Assembly (NCBI GenBank): GCA_963730935.1
Contig: CAVSTP010000004.1
Location: 512,001 to 576,000 of the forward strand
Direction of reading: 5' to 3'
Origin: an uncultured Nitrospiraceae bacterium
GTDB taxonomy: Bacteria > Nitrospirota > Nitrospiria > Nitrospirales > Nitrospiraceae
DNA: 64,000 bases
The stretch's first letter is position 1. Every line of letters begins with the position of its first letter. The notes below the pieces were generated by a model. The model did not search any database, was not told the DNA's origin, and saw nothing but the letters and a program-made list of their open reading frames with translations. Positions 22,593 through 30,469 of this stretch are shown here, piece by piece. Position numbers and translations under genes: made by a program.

Positions 22593-23438
22593 TTATTCCC
22601 CCACTGGAGGTTCCGTTGAAATATCGCTAGCAGTTTGTGTCCTCACATTAAAGTCGACACGCTCACCGGCCTTGAGCGTTCGCGTGATGCTGAGGACGCC
22701 CTGTTGTGTGCCCGGTTGTTGGGTAAACGAATGCTTTGCCTCCTCGCCAAAAATGAGCTGTGCTGAGGCAAAGGCGTGAAAGTTGGCGACTTGCAAAAAC
22801 TCACTTTGCGCAAGGCCGTAGGGAATGCTGATGGTCAACGTGCCTCCTTCGTCGCCTGCTTGAACCCAGCCGCTACGCTCCACCCAAGCGTCGGCGCTAG
22901 TCTTATTTTCTGGCCCTGGCGCTAGCTCAACCGCGACCTGAAAGAGTGAGGGAGAGGACGAGGCGACAGTTGCGCCTGCTCGCACAGTCCGCTCCTCCCA
23001 AAAGCCATCGAAGAACGCATCTTCGACACGTTGACCGTTCGTGATTGTTATGGCCGCTTGTTGCTGTGTTTGAGGCACAAGGGTTACCTGAATGCCTTCG
23101 AGCTTGAGGTTGGCGATATCCAGAAAGGCGCTGCCGTTATACTTGCCCGGTACGGCTGGCGCTGGCGCAGGCCCCGATGTTATTGGCTTCGCAGGCGTAT
23201 TAGATGGACCCGACGGCTTTGGCGCAGGCGTAGGCGTTTGCCCTGAATCAGGCGCTTGTGTAGGGGGAGACGTCGAAGGTGTAGGTGTCGTCGTTGTCTC
23301 ACTCGGCGCTTGTGTCGGCGCTGGAGTGGACTGTGTAGGGGCTGGCGCATTCGTTGTCACGGCTTGCGGCGCGTCACCCCCACCCGAGCAGCCAGCAAAA
23401 AGCAAGACCATTAATGCTATGGGTAAATATGTTTTCAT
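22593..23438 (-). CDS. lipoprotein with Pro/Thr-rich linker
   Basis: GAGGGGAG RBS, lipobox 'FAGC', PT-rich region; may continue into ORF 22297-22593. Confidence 0.8.
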   Translation of the reverse strand: MKTYLPIALMVLLFAGCSGGGDAPQAVTTNAPAPTQSTPAPTQAPSETTTTPTPSTSPPTQAPDSGQTPTPAPKPSGPSNTPAKPITSGPAPAPAVPGKYNGSAFLDIANLKLEGIQVTLVPQTQQQAAITITNGQRVEDAFFDGFWEERTVRAGATVASSSPSLFQVAVELAPGPENKTSADAWVERSGWVQAGDEGGTLTISIPYGLAQSEFLQVANFHAFASAQLIFGEEAKHSFTQQPGTQQGVLSITRTLKAGERVDFNVRTQTASDISTEPPVGE

Positions 23439-23661
23439 GGCTCCCCTCGTGTAAACGCGGGGGCTGTTTTGAGTTCATTGGTAAGGGTGCCGCATCGAGT
23501 GAGGATGCTAGTCCTATCCATAAGAAGCGACAATGAACGGAAGTCACTAGAGAAACTATATGAGGAGGTGTTCCTACATACGGCAACAACAGCTCAGGAA
23601 GTATTTCACCTGGGATGGCGATGGCGACAACTATGAGCAATTGCGTGGCTCACCGTAGGGG

Positions 23662-23722
23662 CCACCCTTGGGAAGGGGTGTCGGCTGCGAGGACGTTGGC
23701 CAGTCAGGTAAAGCTTAATACA
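23662..23722. repeat. bipartite repeat, copy 4
   Basis: CCACCCTTGGGAAGGGGTGTC N18 CAGTCAGGTAAAG N4 ATACA. Confidence 0.92.
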
Positions 23723-23755
23723 TTAGCTGAGGGAAGAAGGTTCAAAACGAGCCGA

Positions 23756-24403
23756 CCCGCCACGCGCTGCGAAATGGTTCAAGACGCTTCTGACCCGGGA
23801 AATGTTAACGAGTCTTGCACCAGTACAGACACTGAGCAGTGGTGGTGCCGGGCGCATTCATGCAATTCTGAATACACATTTGATCAGGCCCTTTCCCAGA
23901 TACTCTGGGCGGACCCTGAGAGGATCGGGTTTGCACGTCAAGATCGTCAGGCTTTGGAAGCAGCGCTCCTATCTTCAATGACTGAAGTTCATCAGTACTC
24001 TCGATCTTGATCTGATCGCTTTGGCCTGTCTGATTGTTGCGGATCGTCACCAACCCTTTGTCTTTATCCACGTTTATGATGGTGGCAGTGTCGGCAGCCC
24101 ATGTGTGGTGGGTGATGAAGAGAGAGAAGAGAACTATAGCCGTCACTCGATAAGACATTGAGGACGACAAGCGTAAATACCTTGGCATGGATCTCTCTCC
24201 TTTTTGACCTAAGGCGAATCGGCAGGAGACTAGAAGCTTCACCTAAGAAAGTAAAGCCCTGCAGTGCCGGGAACGATCGAAAAATCAAGACGGTCACGTT
24301 TTCACATGGGCGGGGTCTATCGCGGTGTGAGGTGCGATGAGCGGTGATGGAGAGGCGGCGAGGCGAACCACGAGTCATCCCGCCACGCGCTGCGAAATGG
24401 TTC
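23756..24403 (+). repeat. 25-bp perfect direct repeat flanking one gene
   Basis: CCCGCCACGCGCTGCGAAATGGTTC at 23756-23780 and 24379-24403. Confidence 0.9.
23805..24188 (-). CDS. secreted hypothetical protein with a C-terminal 4-Cys motif
   Basis: AAAGGAG RBS, signal peptide ending 'TWA', 'CIQNC..QCLYWC'. Confidence 0.7.
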   Translation of the reverse strand: MPRYLRLSSSMSYRVTAIVLFSLFITHHTWAADTATIINVDKDKGLVTIRNNQTGQSDQIKIESTDELQSLKIGALLPKPDDLDVQTRSSQGPPRVSGKGPDQMCIQNCMNAPGTTTAQCLYWCKTR

Positions 24404-24438
24404 CTGAAAGATAATGCCGAGACTCACGGAAGGAGGGG

Positions 24439-24499
24439 CCACCCTTGGGAAGGGGTGTCGTACGCGTGACGGCCTGCCAGCCAGGTGAGGCCGAATCCA
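24439..24499. repeat. bipartite repeat, copy 5
   Basis: CCACCCTTGGGAAGGGGTGTC N18 CAGCCAGGTGAGG N4 ATCCA. Confidence 0.9.
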
Positions 24500-24694
24500 G
24501 GCTGGAGCAAAGGATTTCCGGGGGTCGGAAGCGACTGAGGCAGGATTCTGATGATGTCGAAGGTGGTAGGGAAATCTATGGCCGGTTTGTGGGACCTTAC
24601 CCGAATTGATCTAGTGACTTCCCGGAGCCATACTTCACCCGTCTTTTTCTTATCATTCCGCCATTCTTAATAACTTTTGAAAGGGTGGCGGACT

Positions 24695-24871
24695 GTGTTT
24701 ACTCTCCGACCAGAATTAATCACCTTCACTCGTGCGTGTGAAAACCTACTATCGGATGGAGTGCCGCTGACTGAGGATGAGCGCAACCTGCTCGAATACT
24801 ACGTCAACGATGTGGTGCGCGAATTCCTCGCAGACAAGTCCGTTGTCAGCAACCCTCCGACTGGAGCCTAG
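24695..24871 (+). CDS. small hypothetical protein
   Basis: 58 aa helical-looking ORF after a purine-rich RBS. Confidence 0.45.
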   Translation: MFTLRPELITFTRACENLLSDGVPLTEDERNLLEYYVNDVVREFLADKSVVSNPPTGA

Positions 24872-25103
24872 GAGAAGTTATTTGCGTGGAGTTTTGTCCT
24901 TCGCCAGCCATGGAATCCATGACGTGTCGGGCGAGAATTCCTTATTTTGGCGAGTGATTTGAGGCCGGTATGGGTTAGTTTTCCATCCTCTCCCTCTTGA
25001 TGCCACCGCTCTTTGTATCGCGTTCTTCTTATCCACGGAAGCCCCCGCTTTTTCGCGGTCAGTTAGAAGAGCCGAAGTTAGAGAATTCGCTGTTCTCAGT
25101 TCC

Positions 25104-25271
25104 CTATGCGGCCTTGTACTTTGCTGGTCGCCACTCCTGCTGAGAGGAGAGGTAGACACCGCACACCGTACAAACTACCTCTGCGGTGAACAAGCCGCCT
25201 TTACGTTCTAACTCAAAAATGCAGACGTGTTCACTATACTGAGGTTGATTACTCCGAGGATTGTTCAACAT
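25104..25271 (-). CDS. small hypothetical protein with Cys motif
   Basis: ATG directly downstream of the conserved leader hairpin; 'HVC..CTVCG'. Confidence 0.45.
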   Translation of the reverse strand: MLNNPRSNQPQYSEHVCIFELERKGGLFTAEVVCTVCGVYLSSQQEWRPAKYKAA

Positions 25272-25276
25272 AGGGC

Positions 25277-25336
25277 GACCGCCTTTCTTGTTCACAAAGA
25301 CGGCGGTCGGGACTTCCAAGAGGCCGTCGGCAGTTG
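25277..25336 (-). promoter_or_regulatory. conserved 5' leader with RBS-covering hairpin, copy 1
   Basis: GACCGCC..GGCGGTC stem plus TTCCAAGAGGCCGTCGGCAGTTG, shared with 25833-25888. Confidence 0.6.
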
Positions 25337-25378
25337 TGTAGGTAGGTTGTCAGAGCCTAGGCTCTTTAGAATGCTGAG

Positions 25379-25828
25379 TCATGTTGCTTCAGTCATGGAA
25401 CCAAGACCAGCGCTGATTTCTGGCCGGTCTATGGCCTTCCCATCGATGCCTGCCACCGCTCTTTGTATCGCGCCGTACAATTCCACCCCCACATTCTCTT
25501 TCGATACGACGTCTGAAGCTCCTGCTTTTTGCATCAACCTGTAATCCTTCAGCTCGACCGAGAATCCAACCACGGCTATTTGCGGATACTGTGCCTTGAT
25601 GAAGCGGGTCGCTGCGATTCCGTCCATTCTGGACATGTTGATACCCATCACGACGACTGTCGGCTGAACCTTTGCTATACACACAAGAACCTCCGAACCA
25701 TCACTCGCTTCACCAACCACTTCGATACTGGGATACACTTCCAAGGTACAGCGCAGCCCTTGCCGTACCATGGCGTGGTCATCTACCACTAGGACACGAA
25801 TCGATCTGGTTTGGGATGGGTAAGACAA
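25379..25828 (-). CDS. stand-alone NarL-like receiver protein (Gly at the phospho-Asp position)
   Basis: 'IRVLVVDDHAMVRQGL', 'VVVMGINMSRMDGIAATR'. Confidence 0.8.
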   Translation of the reverse strand: MSYPSQTRSIRVLVVDDHAMVRQGLRCTLEVYPSIEVVGEASDGSEVLVCIAKVQPTVVVMGINMSRMDGIAATRFIKAQYPQIAVVGFSVELKDYRLMQKAGASDVVSKENVGVELYGAIQRAVAGIDGKAIDRPEISAGLGSMTEAT

Positions 25829-25832
25829 TGAC

Positions 25833-25888
25833 GACCGCCTTTCACAGTATGTCGGCGGTCGGACCTTCCAAGAGGCCGTCGGCAGTTG
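25833..25888 (-). promoter_or_regulatory. conserved 5' leader with RBS-covering hairpin, copy 2
   Basis: same stem and 23-nt block as 25277-25336, different loop. Confidence 0.6.
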
Positions 25889-25929
25889 CGTGTGTGGGGA
25901 GAATGTATTAAGAGCGTGCGCCCTTCTTG

Positions 25930-26115
25930 CTAGGATGTCAAGGGGTCATCTTCACCACTCGTGGTGATCTTGGAACTTTGAGACAGGCGCCTCGCTTGCT
26001 CGTGACACTCTTCGCACATATGGTCAACGTCGAAGACGACTGAACGCAGACCGTGGTTGTCCTCTCGTTGACACTTTGAGCAACCGGTGCAGTGGCAGGA
26101 ATCGACGGTTCTCAT
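25930..26115 (-). CDS. small Cys-rich hypothetical protein
   Basis: 'CHCTGCSKC..MCEECH'; coding status unverified. Confidence 0.35.
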   Translation of the reverse strand: MRTVDSCHCTGCSKCQREDNHGLRSVVFDVDHMCEECHEQARRLSQSSKITTSGEDDPLTS

Positions 26116-26164
26116 TACGTGGGGATAGTCATCGACGACGATAGCCTCGTAGTCGCTCCACCAG

Positions 26165-26575
26165 TCAACTAGCAAGTCTATAGCGTCTTTGCACTGTCGA
26201 AATGGCCTTGAGGATGGATGGTGCGAGAAGGTCTCCGCTGCCCACAGTCTTTTGCAATGCGGCTTGTGCGCCGTTCTTGATTGCCAGGTCCAGCAGGAAT
26301 GGATTGGGAAGCCTTGTCAGGATGATCACGGCGATCTCGGGATGATAGAAACGGGGAACGAGCTTTGCCAATACCTCAAACCCGGACATGTCCGGCAGGT
26401 CCAGCTCAAGTACCACACAATCAATCGGTTGTCTTGCGCAGATGTCTAGCCCAGATCGGCCAGTTGCCGCTGTGATCACATCATAGTTTGTTGACGATAC
26501 ACGGAGGCGGTATGCGTAGTATTCACGATATTGGATATCTGGGTCGACGAGGAGAATGGTAGTGGCGTCAGACAT
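26165..26575 (-). CDS. stand-alone receiver-domain protein (Glu at the phospho-Asp position)
   Basis: 'IDCVVLELDLPDMSGFEVL', 'NGAQAALQK'. Confidence 0.8.
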   Translation of the reverse strand: MSDATTILLVDPDIQYREYYAYRLRVSSTNYDVITAATGRSGLDICARQPIDCVVLELDLPDMSGFEVLAKLVPRFYHPEIAVIILTRLPNPFLLDLAIKNGAQAALQKTVGSGDLLAPSILKAISTVQRRYRLAS

Positions 26576-26737
26576 GACAACCACACTGTTCCGGCAAGTG
26601 GCGTGGATCGTGGCTTTGCCGGGACCCTTAGGTGAAGCGTATTTAGATTATGCCCCTAAGAAGCAGGTGTCAATTAGCAGAGAAGTGGCGCCAGGAGCCA
26701 TTTTGCGGCGTATCAAAGTGGTTGATACAATATTTTC

Positions 26738-27325
26738 ATGGTCATTCCACAGCCGATGTCATTGGTTCAACAGCCTGAGCCCTTCGATGACTGGGACTGG
26801 ATCTATGAAATTAAGGACGATGGCTTTCGCGCATTAGCAGTCATTGAGCAGGGACAGTGCCGATTCTTTTCCAGGAAAAAACATAAGCAAACCGGCCATC
26901 AAGACCTTCGAGCGGCATTGGTGAAAGAGGTGAATGCGGAGACGGCCATCCTGGATGGCGAGCTCTTGGTCACCGACCACATGGGAAGGACAATCTTCGC
27001 TGACATGATGCAACGGCGCCATCCCGCCCGATACTTCGCGTTCGATCTACTCTCGCTCAATGGGGAGGACTTGACGAAACTGCCATTGCTGGCACGAAAG
27101 GAAAATTGAAACGGATCCTGCCGTCGCGGTCAGCCCACGTCCTCTATGTCGACCATTCGCGCGGAAATGGGACCGCGCTTTACCGTTTAGCCTGTCAGTT
27201 GGACCTCGAAGGTATGAGGACAATATAAACGTGCGGCATTGAATCAAAATTAAGAATACGGCTTACAGTCAAAAGGAAGGACGGGGAGACTTGTTCAAAC
27301 GAGCACGTCAGATTGCGGGTAGACG
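26738..27325 (+). pseudogene. ATP-dependent DNA ligase (LigC/LigD ligase-domain type) pseudogene
   Basis: 'YEIKDDGFRA', 'ILDGE', 'FAFDLL'; frameshift near 27103; continues 'LKRIL..QLDLEG'; apparent deletion, then TGA before 'IKIKN'; end approximate. Confidence 0.8.
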
Positions 27326-27362
27326 ATACAGTCAGGGTTGGACAGGATTGGGGTCGTAGCCC

Positions 27363-27818
27363 TCAATTAGCTTCTCTAGCCTCTCGTTCGGCTTGCTGGA
27401 GGGCAAGATCTGTCTTCCTCGATGTCGTTGGAGGAGACGAACTGGTCGTCGTTGACGGTGCCACCGTCAATATCACAGGAATGGCTACGCTCCCTTCTTT
27501 ATCGACCGTGACTGTGACCGTGGCCCAATATGTCCCTGGTGCTAACCCTGCTACGCTCACCGCGACACGTGCAGAGTCCTTAATGATCTCTGTCTGAGGA
27601 GTTACCGAGACCCACGTCGCATTATCTGATGCGGTCCAGGTGGTTGGTTTATTATTCGTTTTGGAAACGCTGAGGAACTGGCTAGGTGGATTTATTCCGC
27701 CTTGAACGGCTTGAAAGCTCAGGGATGTGGGCCTCGCCGTTAAGGCACATGCGTTGAGACAAGTTAAGAGACCGATGCCCAGGGTCAACATAATGCCCAC
27801 CACCGAGTGAACGGACAT
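27363..27818 (-). CDS. secreted BACON-domain-like protein, possibly truncated
   Basis: signal peptide; 'PTSLSFQAVQGG.NP', 'WTASDNATWVSVTP', 'GLAPGTY.ATVTV'. Confidence 0.65.
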   Translation of the reverse strand: MSVHSVVGIMLTLGIGLLTCLNACALTARPTSLSFQAVQGGINPPSQFLSVSKTNNKPTTWTASDNATWVSVTPQTEIIKDSARVAVSVAGLAPGTYWATVTVTVDKEGSVAIPVILTVAPSTTTSSSPPTTSRKTDLALQQAEREAREAN

Positions 27819-27992
27819 AGGTCGAGACCTCACCTCTTGATGGCTTGAATCCATACACACATCGCTTCTTACGGTCGACCACGTTGCTGACTTATCGGCA
27901 TCCTAAATATGACTATATGTGCAAAGCCCATTCAAATGCCCCTGGCAGAATTCCTAGAAAGAGGACGCGCCGAAAGAAGGGGATGAGCAGTT

Positions 27993-28031
27993 AAAAAGGC
28001 CCGACTCCGGTGGGCGCGAAGTCGAGCCTTT
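27993..28031 (-). terminator. intrinsic terminator of 28066-28743
   Basis: minus strand AAAGGCTCGACT..AGTCGGGCCTTTTT, stem with U-tract 35 bp after the stop. Confidence 0.6.
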
Positions 28032-28065
28032 GCTATCGGACTCGGAGAATCCCGAGATACATGGA

Positions 28066-28743
28066 TTAGTGGAGAGTGTCGAGGCTTTTTATGTTGTGCG
28101 ACTGGACCTGCGTCGTAAGCTCATCAACGCAGCCGGCAAATTTTTCGATGGCGTCATCCGTCCGATGACGTTTGATGGAGCCGTTCGAAGTCGCGGCGGA
28201 TGTTGTGACGTGTAAATCTAACGCGCTTAGAACATCCATACCGTCCTTAGACCTCTTGAACCCTATGGTGACGGGCTGGCCTTCTGTTAGGTCTTTTAAA
28301 ACAGCCATTGAACCTTCATCGAGCTCGTATACGAAACTTTTTGCCCCGGCCAGGTCCGAGGCGGTACTGTGAAACTTGCTTTTAGCTGTCGTGCCATGAG
28401 GTGTCTCTATATACGCATAGAAGGGCGCCTCTGGCTTTGCTGTCTTATTCTGGGTGTCGATTGTTCCGATCTTTAAGGACAATCCCATTACGTTTTGGTT
28501 CGCGTTTGTGAAGTAGGCGATGTTCCCTACGATTGTGATTAAGGCGCCGTTTCTGTACACAAAATCCTGCTCAGTCAGCGTATACACCAGCGTACATCCA
28601 CCTAGGACCTCTGCCGCTTGCATCGGATAAAATTCAACGGAAATCGTGCCTGTGAATATAGATACATCTCGCGCTGTAGCCTGCTCCGAAAAGGCAGGTA
28701 TGCTATTCAGCATCAAAAGAACTATTAGCAAGGTCTGTTTCAT
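28066..28743 (-). CDS. secreted hypothetical protein
   Basis: 225 aa, signal peptide ending 'PAFS'. Confidence 0.75.
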   Translation of the reverse strand: MKQTLLIVLLMLNSIPAFSEQATARDVSIFTGTISVEFYPMQAAEVLGGCTLVYTLTEQDFVYRNGALITIVGNIAYFTNANQNVMGLSLKIGTIDTQNKTAKPEAPFYAYIETPHGTTAKSKFHSTASDLAGAKSFVYELDEGSMAVLKDLTEGQPVTIGFKRSKDGMDVLSALDLHVTTSAATSNGSIKRHRTDDAIEKFAGCVDELTTQVQSHNIKSLDTLH

Positions 28744-29054
28744 CAGGTTTTCTCTGCTGTGCGCTCCTTCGCCGCCTGTTTACAGATCCGCTCGATGTCC
28801 CGAACCCTCCCCGGATCCGGTGGCGGCCCGCAGTCCACCATACCCTTGAACGGTTCTATCGTCGCATCGGACATGCCGAGCCGACGGTCATAATGGCTGA
28901 TCATGGCGTGGATGCACCAATTGCGCGCATCCTCTAGCGTTTCGAAGATTGGCCCATCGAGCGGCTGGCGCATGCCGAACATGCGCCCTTCGCGGGCGCG
29001 GACGACGGGACGGTAACCAGTGATGAACTTCTGATGTCGGCCTTTGGGCAGCAT
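28743..29054 (-). CDS. hypothetical protein
   Basis: AGGGGG RBS; TGATG coupling to the next gene. Confidence 0.55.
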   Translation of the reverse strand: MLPKGRHQKFITGYRPVVRAREGRMFGMRQPLDGPIFETLEDARNWCIHAMISHYDRRLGMSDATIEPFKGMVDCGPPPDPGRVRDIERICKQAAKERTAEKT

Positions 29055-29253
29055 GACTACCCCCTGGTTTTCCCCTATACAATCACCTAATGGGTCTCTA
29101 GGAGCCCGATCCGCTCTCATCGCAGCCCCCACTGGCCACGCGACTGCTCACGAACAGGTCTTGGAGAATCTTCCGAGGATGGGGCCGAGGCGTCAATGCT
29201 ACCTTTTACGCTACCTTTTAGCTTTTATGGGCCCTCTGAAAGCACATAAGTTG

Positions 29254-29328
29254 TGGAGCTGGCGAGAGGAATTGAACCTCCAACCTGTGGTTTACAAAAC
29301 CACTGCTCTGCCATTGAGCTACGCCAGC
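29254..29328 (-). tRNA. tRNA-Thr (anticodon TGT), CCA encoded
   Basis: GCTGGCG acceptor stem, D arm, GTGGT-TTTGTAA-ACCAC anticodon arm, GGTTCAATTCC T arm. Confidence 0.97.
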
Positions 29329-29336
29329 CCGCGCAA

Positions 29337-29365
29337 AGTGTCGCAGAGTAGGGAATGGCAGTCAA
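29337..29365 (-). promoter_or_regulatory. sigma70-type promoter of tRNA-Thr, TTGACT-N17-GACACT
   Basis: 17-nt spacing, ends 8 nt upstream of the tRNA. Confidence 0.6.
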
Positions 29366-29380
29366 CGACCAAGGAATATC

Positions 29381-29620
29381 CTAGTTTGTCGAAGGGTCTG
29401 AAAGCGGATCGATCAGCGCGGTCTGGCGGTGGGCTTCCAGCATGTCCTCTAATAGGCGGAGGGCGTCGTTCAACACATCGCTCGCGCAGCTCAGAGTGGC
29501 GTGAAACTGCTTCACTGCCTCGTCCACGCGTCCCTCATCGTGCAATGCCTGAAACTTGCGGTGATGTTCGTCAAGAATGGCGTGCTTTGCGTCCAACAGC
29601 AGGCAATCCACCGAGGTCAT
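29381..29620 (-). CDS. small hypothetical protein
   Basis: AAGGAGG RBS, 79 aa helical ORF. Confidence 0.65.
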   Translation of the reverse strand: MTSVDCLLLDAKHAILDEHHRKFQALHDEGRVDEAVKQFHATLSCASDVLNDALRLLEDMLEAHRQTALIDPLSDPSTN

Positions 29621-29860
29621 ACCGCCTCCTTGCCCCTAAGTGAGAGGACACTGTAACAGACGTGCGCTGCACAGACAATCATACCGATGGGTGGTTCATG
29701 AAATAGTTGATATCTATGCTGCATCTCTTTGGAAAGGCGCACACTTTTTCTCATGCTCGCATTGACGCGTTCGCTGTGGATTTGTCTGACAGGGCTTGCT
29801 TGACGATCATGCCCGAACAGGCTATTGTGCCGACGACCCACAGCCTAACAGGAGGAATTC

Positions 29861-30088
29861 ATGCGTTCGCTCCCATTGCTCGTGATTGCCGTACTGACCC
29901 TGTCGGCTTGCTCGTCCGAATGGGTCCATCCCAACAAACCATCCTCCGAATACATCACTGACTACAACAAGTGTCAAAGTATCGTGGCTCGCGACCCCAA
30001 ACTGCAGCAGGGCAGCCAGCTGATGGTTCTCAATGCCACCGAACGTTGTGTGCAGAAGGAAGGCTGGCGGCTTGTGGAGCAGCAATAG
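29861..30088 (+). CDS. small lipoprotein
   Basis: AGGAGG RBS, lipobox 'LSAC'; upstream TTGACG-N17-TATTGT at 29800-29828. Confidence 0.75.
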   Translation: MRSLPLLVIAVLTLSACSSEWVHPNKPSSEYITDYNKCQSIVARDPKLQQGSQLMVLNATERCVQKEGWRLVEQQ

Positions 30089-30250
30089 TTCTCATGCCTG
30101 TTTCGATCCATCTCACCTGAATTTCCTCGCGATTGGCATCGCGCTCGTCGCTCGAAATTTAACACCCTGTTTACTCCCAAGTGATCAGGCCGGAACACCC
30201 CGTCGTTAACCTTCCCGCATACAAGTAGCCGTCTGGTCGGAGTTCCTTCG

Positions 30251-30469
30251 ATGACCTTCTCCGAGTCCTACATCTTCGTCTTTGCGATCAGCGCGGTTCT
30301 ATTCATTCCGGTGGTCCTGGTCATTCGAACATTACTCGCGACAAAGCAGCACGTCATCCTGCCGATCTTGCGCCTCCGCCTCACCAAGGTCCACTCGATG
30401 ACCTATGAAGATTCAGATCTCGAAGACGAACCCATTCCATCCATTCAAGCAAGGAGGACATCATGGTGA
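30251..30469 (+). CDS. small membrane protein
   Basis: one N-terminal TM segment, GGAG RBS. Confidence 0.45.
   Translation: MTFSESYIFVFAISAVLFIPVVLVIRTLLATKQHVILPILRLRLTKVHSMTYEDSDLEDEPIPSIQARRTSW

Larger units (their letters stand above)
20179..29253. mobile_element. genomic island A (about 9.1 kb) at the tRNA-Thr 3' end; no integrase seen
   Basis: bounded by the intact tRNA and the repeat at 20133-20178; small accessory genes and pseudogenes. Confidence 0.75.

Noticed and set aside
21273..24010. Recurrent peptide 'GHPWEGVS..QVK' in plus-strand ORFs as a protein repeat
   Set aside because: It is the translation of the DNA motif. Copy 1 has a 1-nt deletion, copy 5 has an in-frame stop, and conservation shows no codon-position pattern.
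20409..24499. CRISPR array or canonical integron interpretation of the five repeats
   Set aside because: Copies are 0.76-1.5 kb apart with genes between them; no cas genes, no intI, and no RYYYAAC/GTTRRRY attC ends.
25930..26115. CEECH as a c-type cytochrome motif
   Set aside because: No signal peptide and several other Cys residues; zinc binding or chance is more likely.
29044..29643. 199-aa ORF spanning the tRNA
   Set aside because: Overlaps the tRNA and a better-supported minus-strand gene; spurious.
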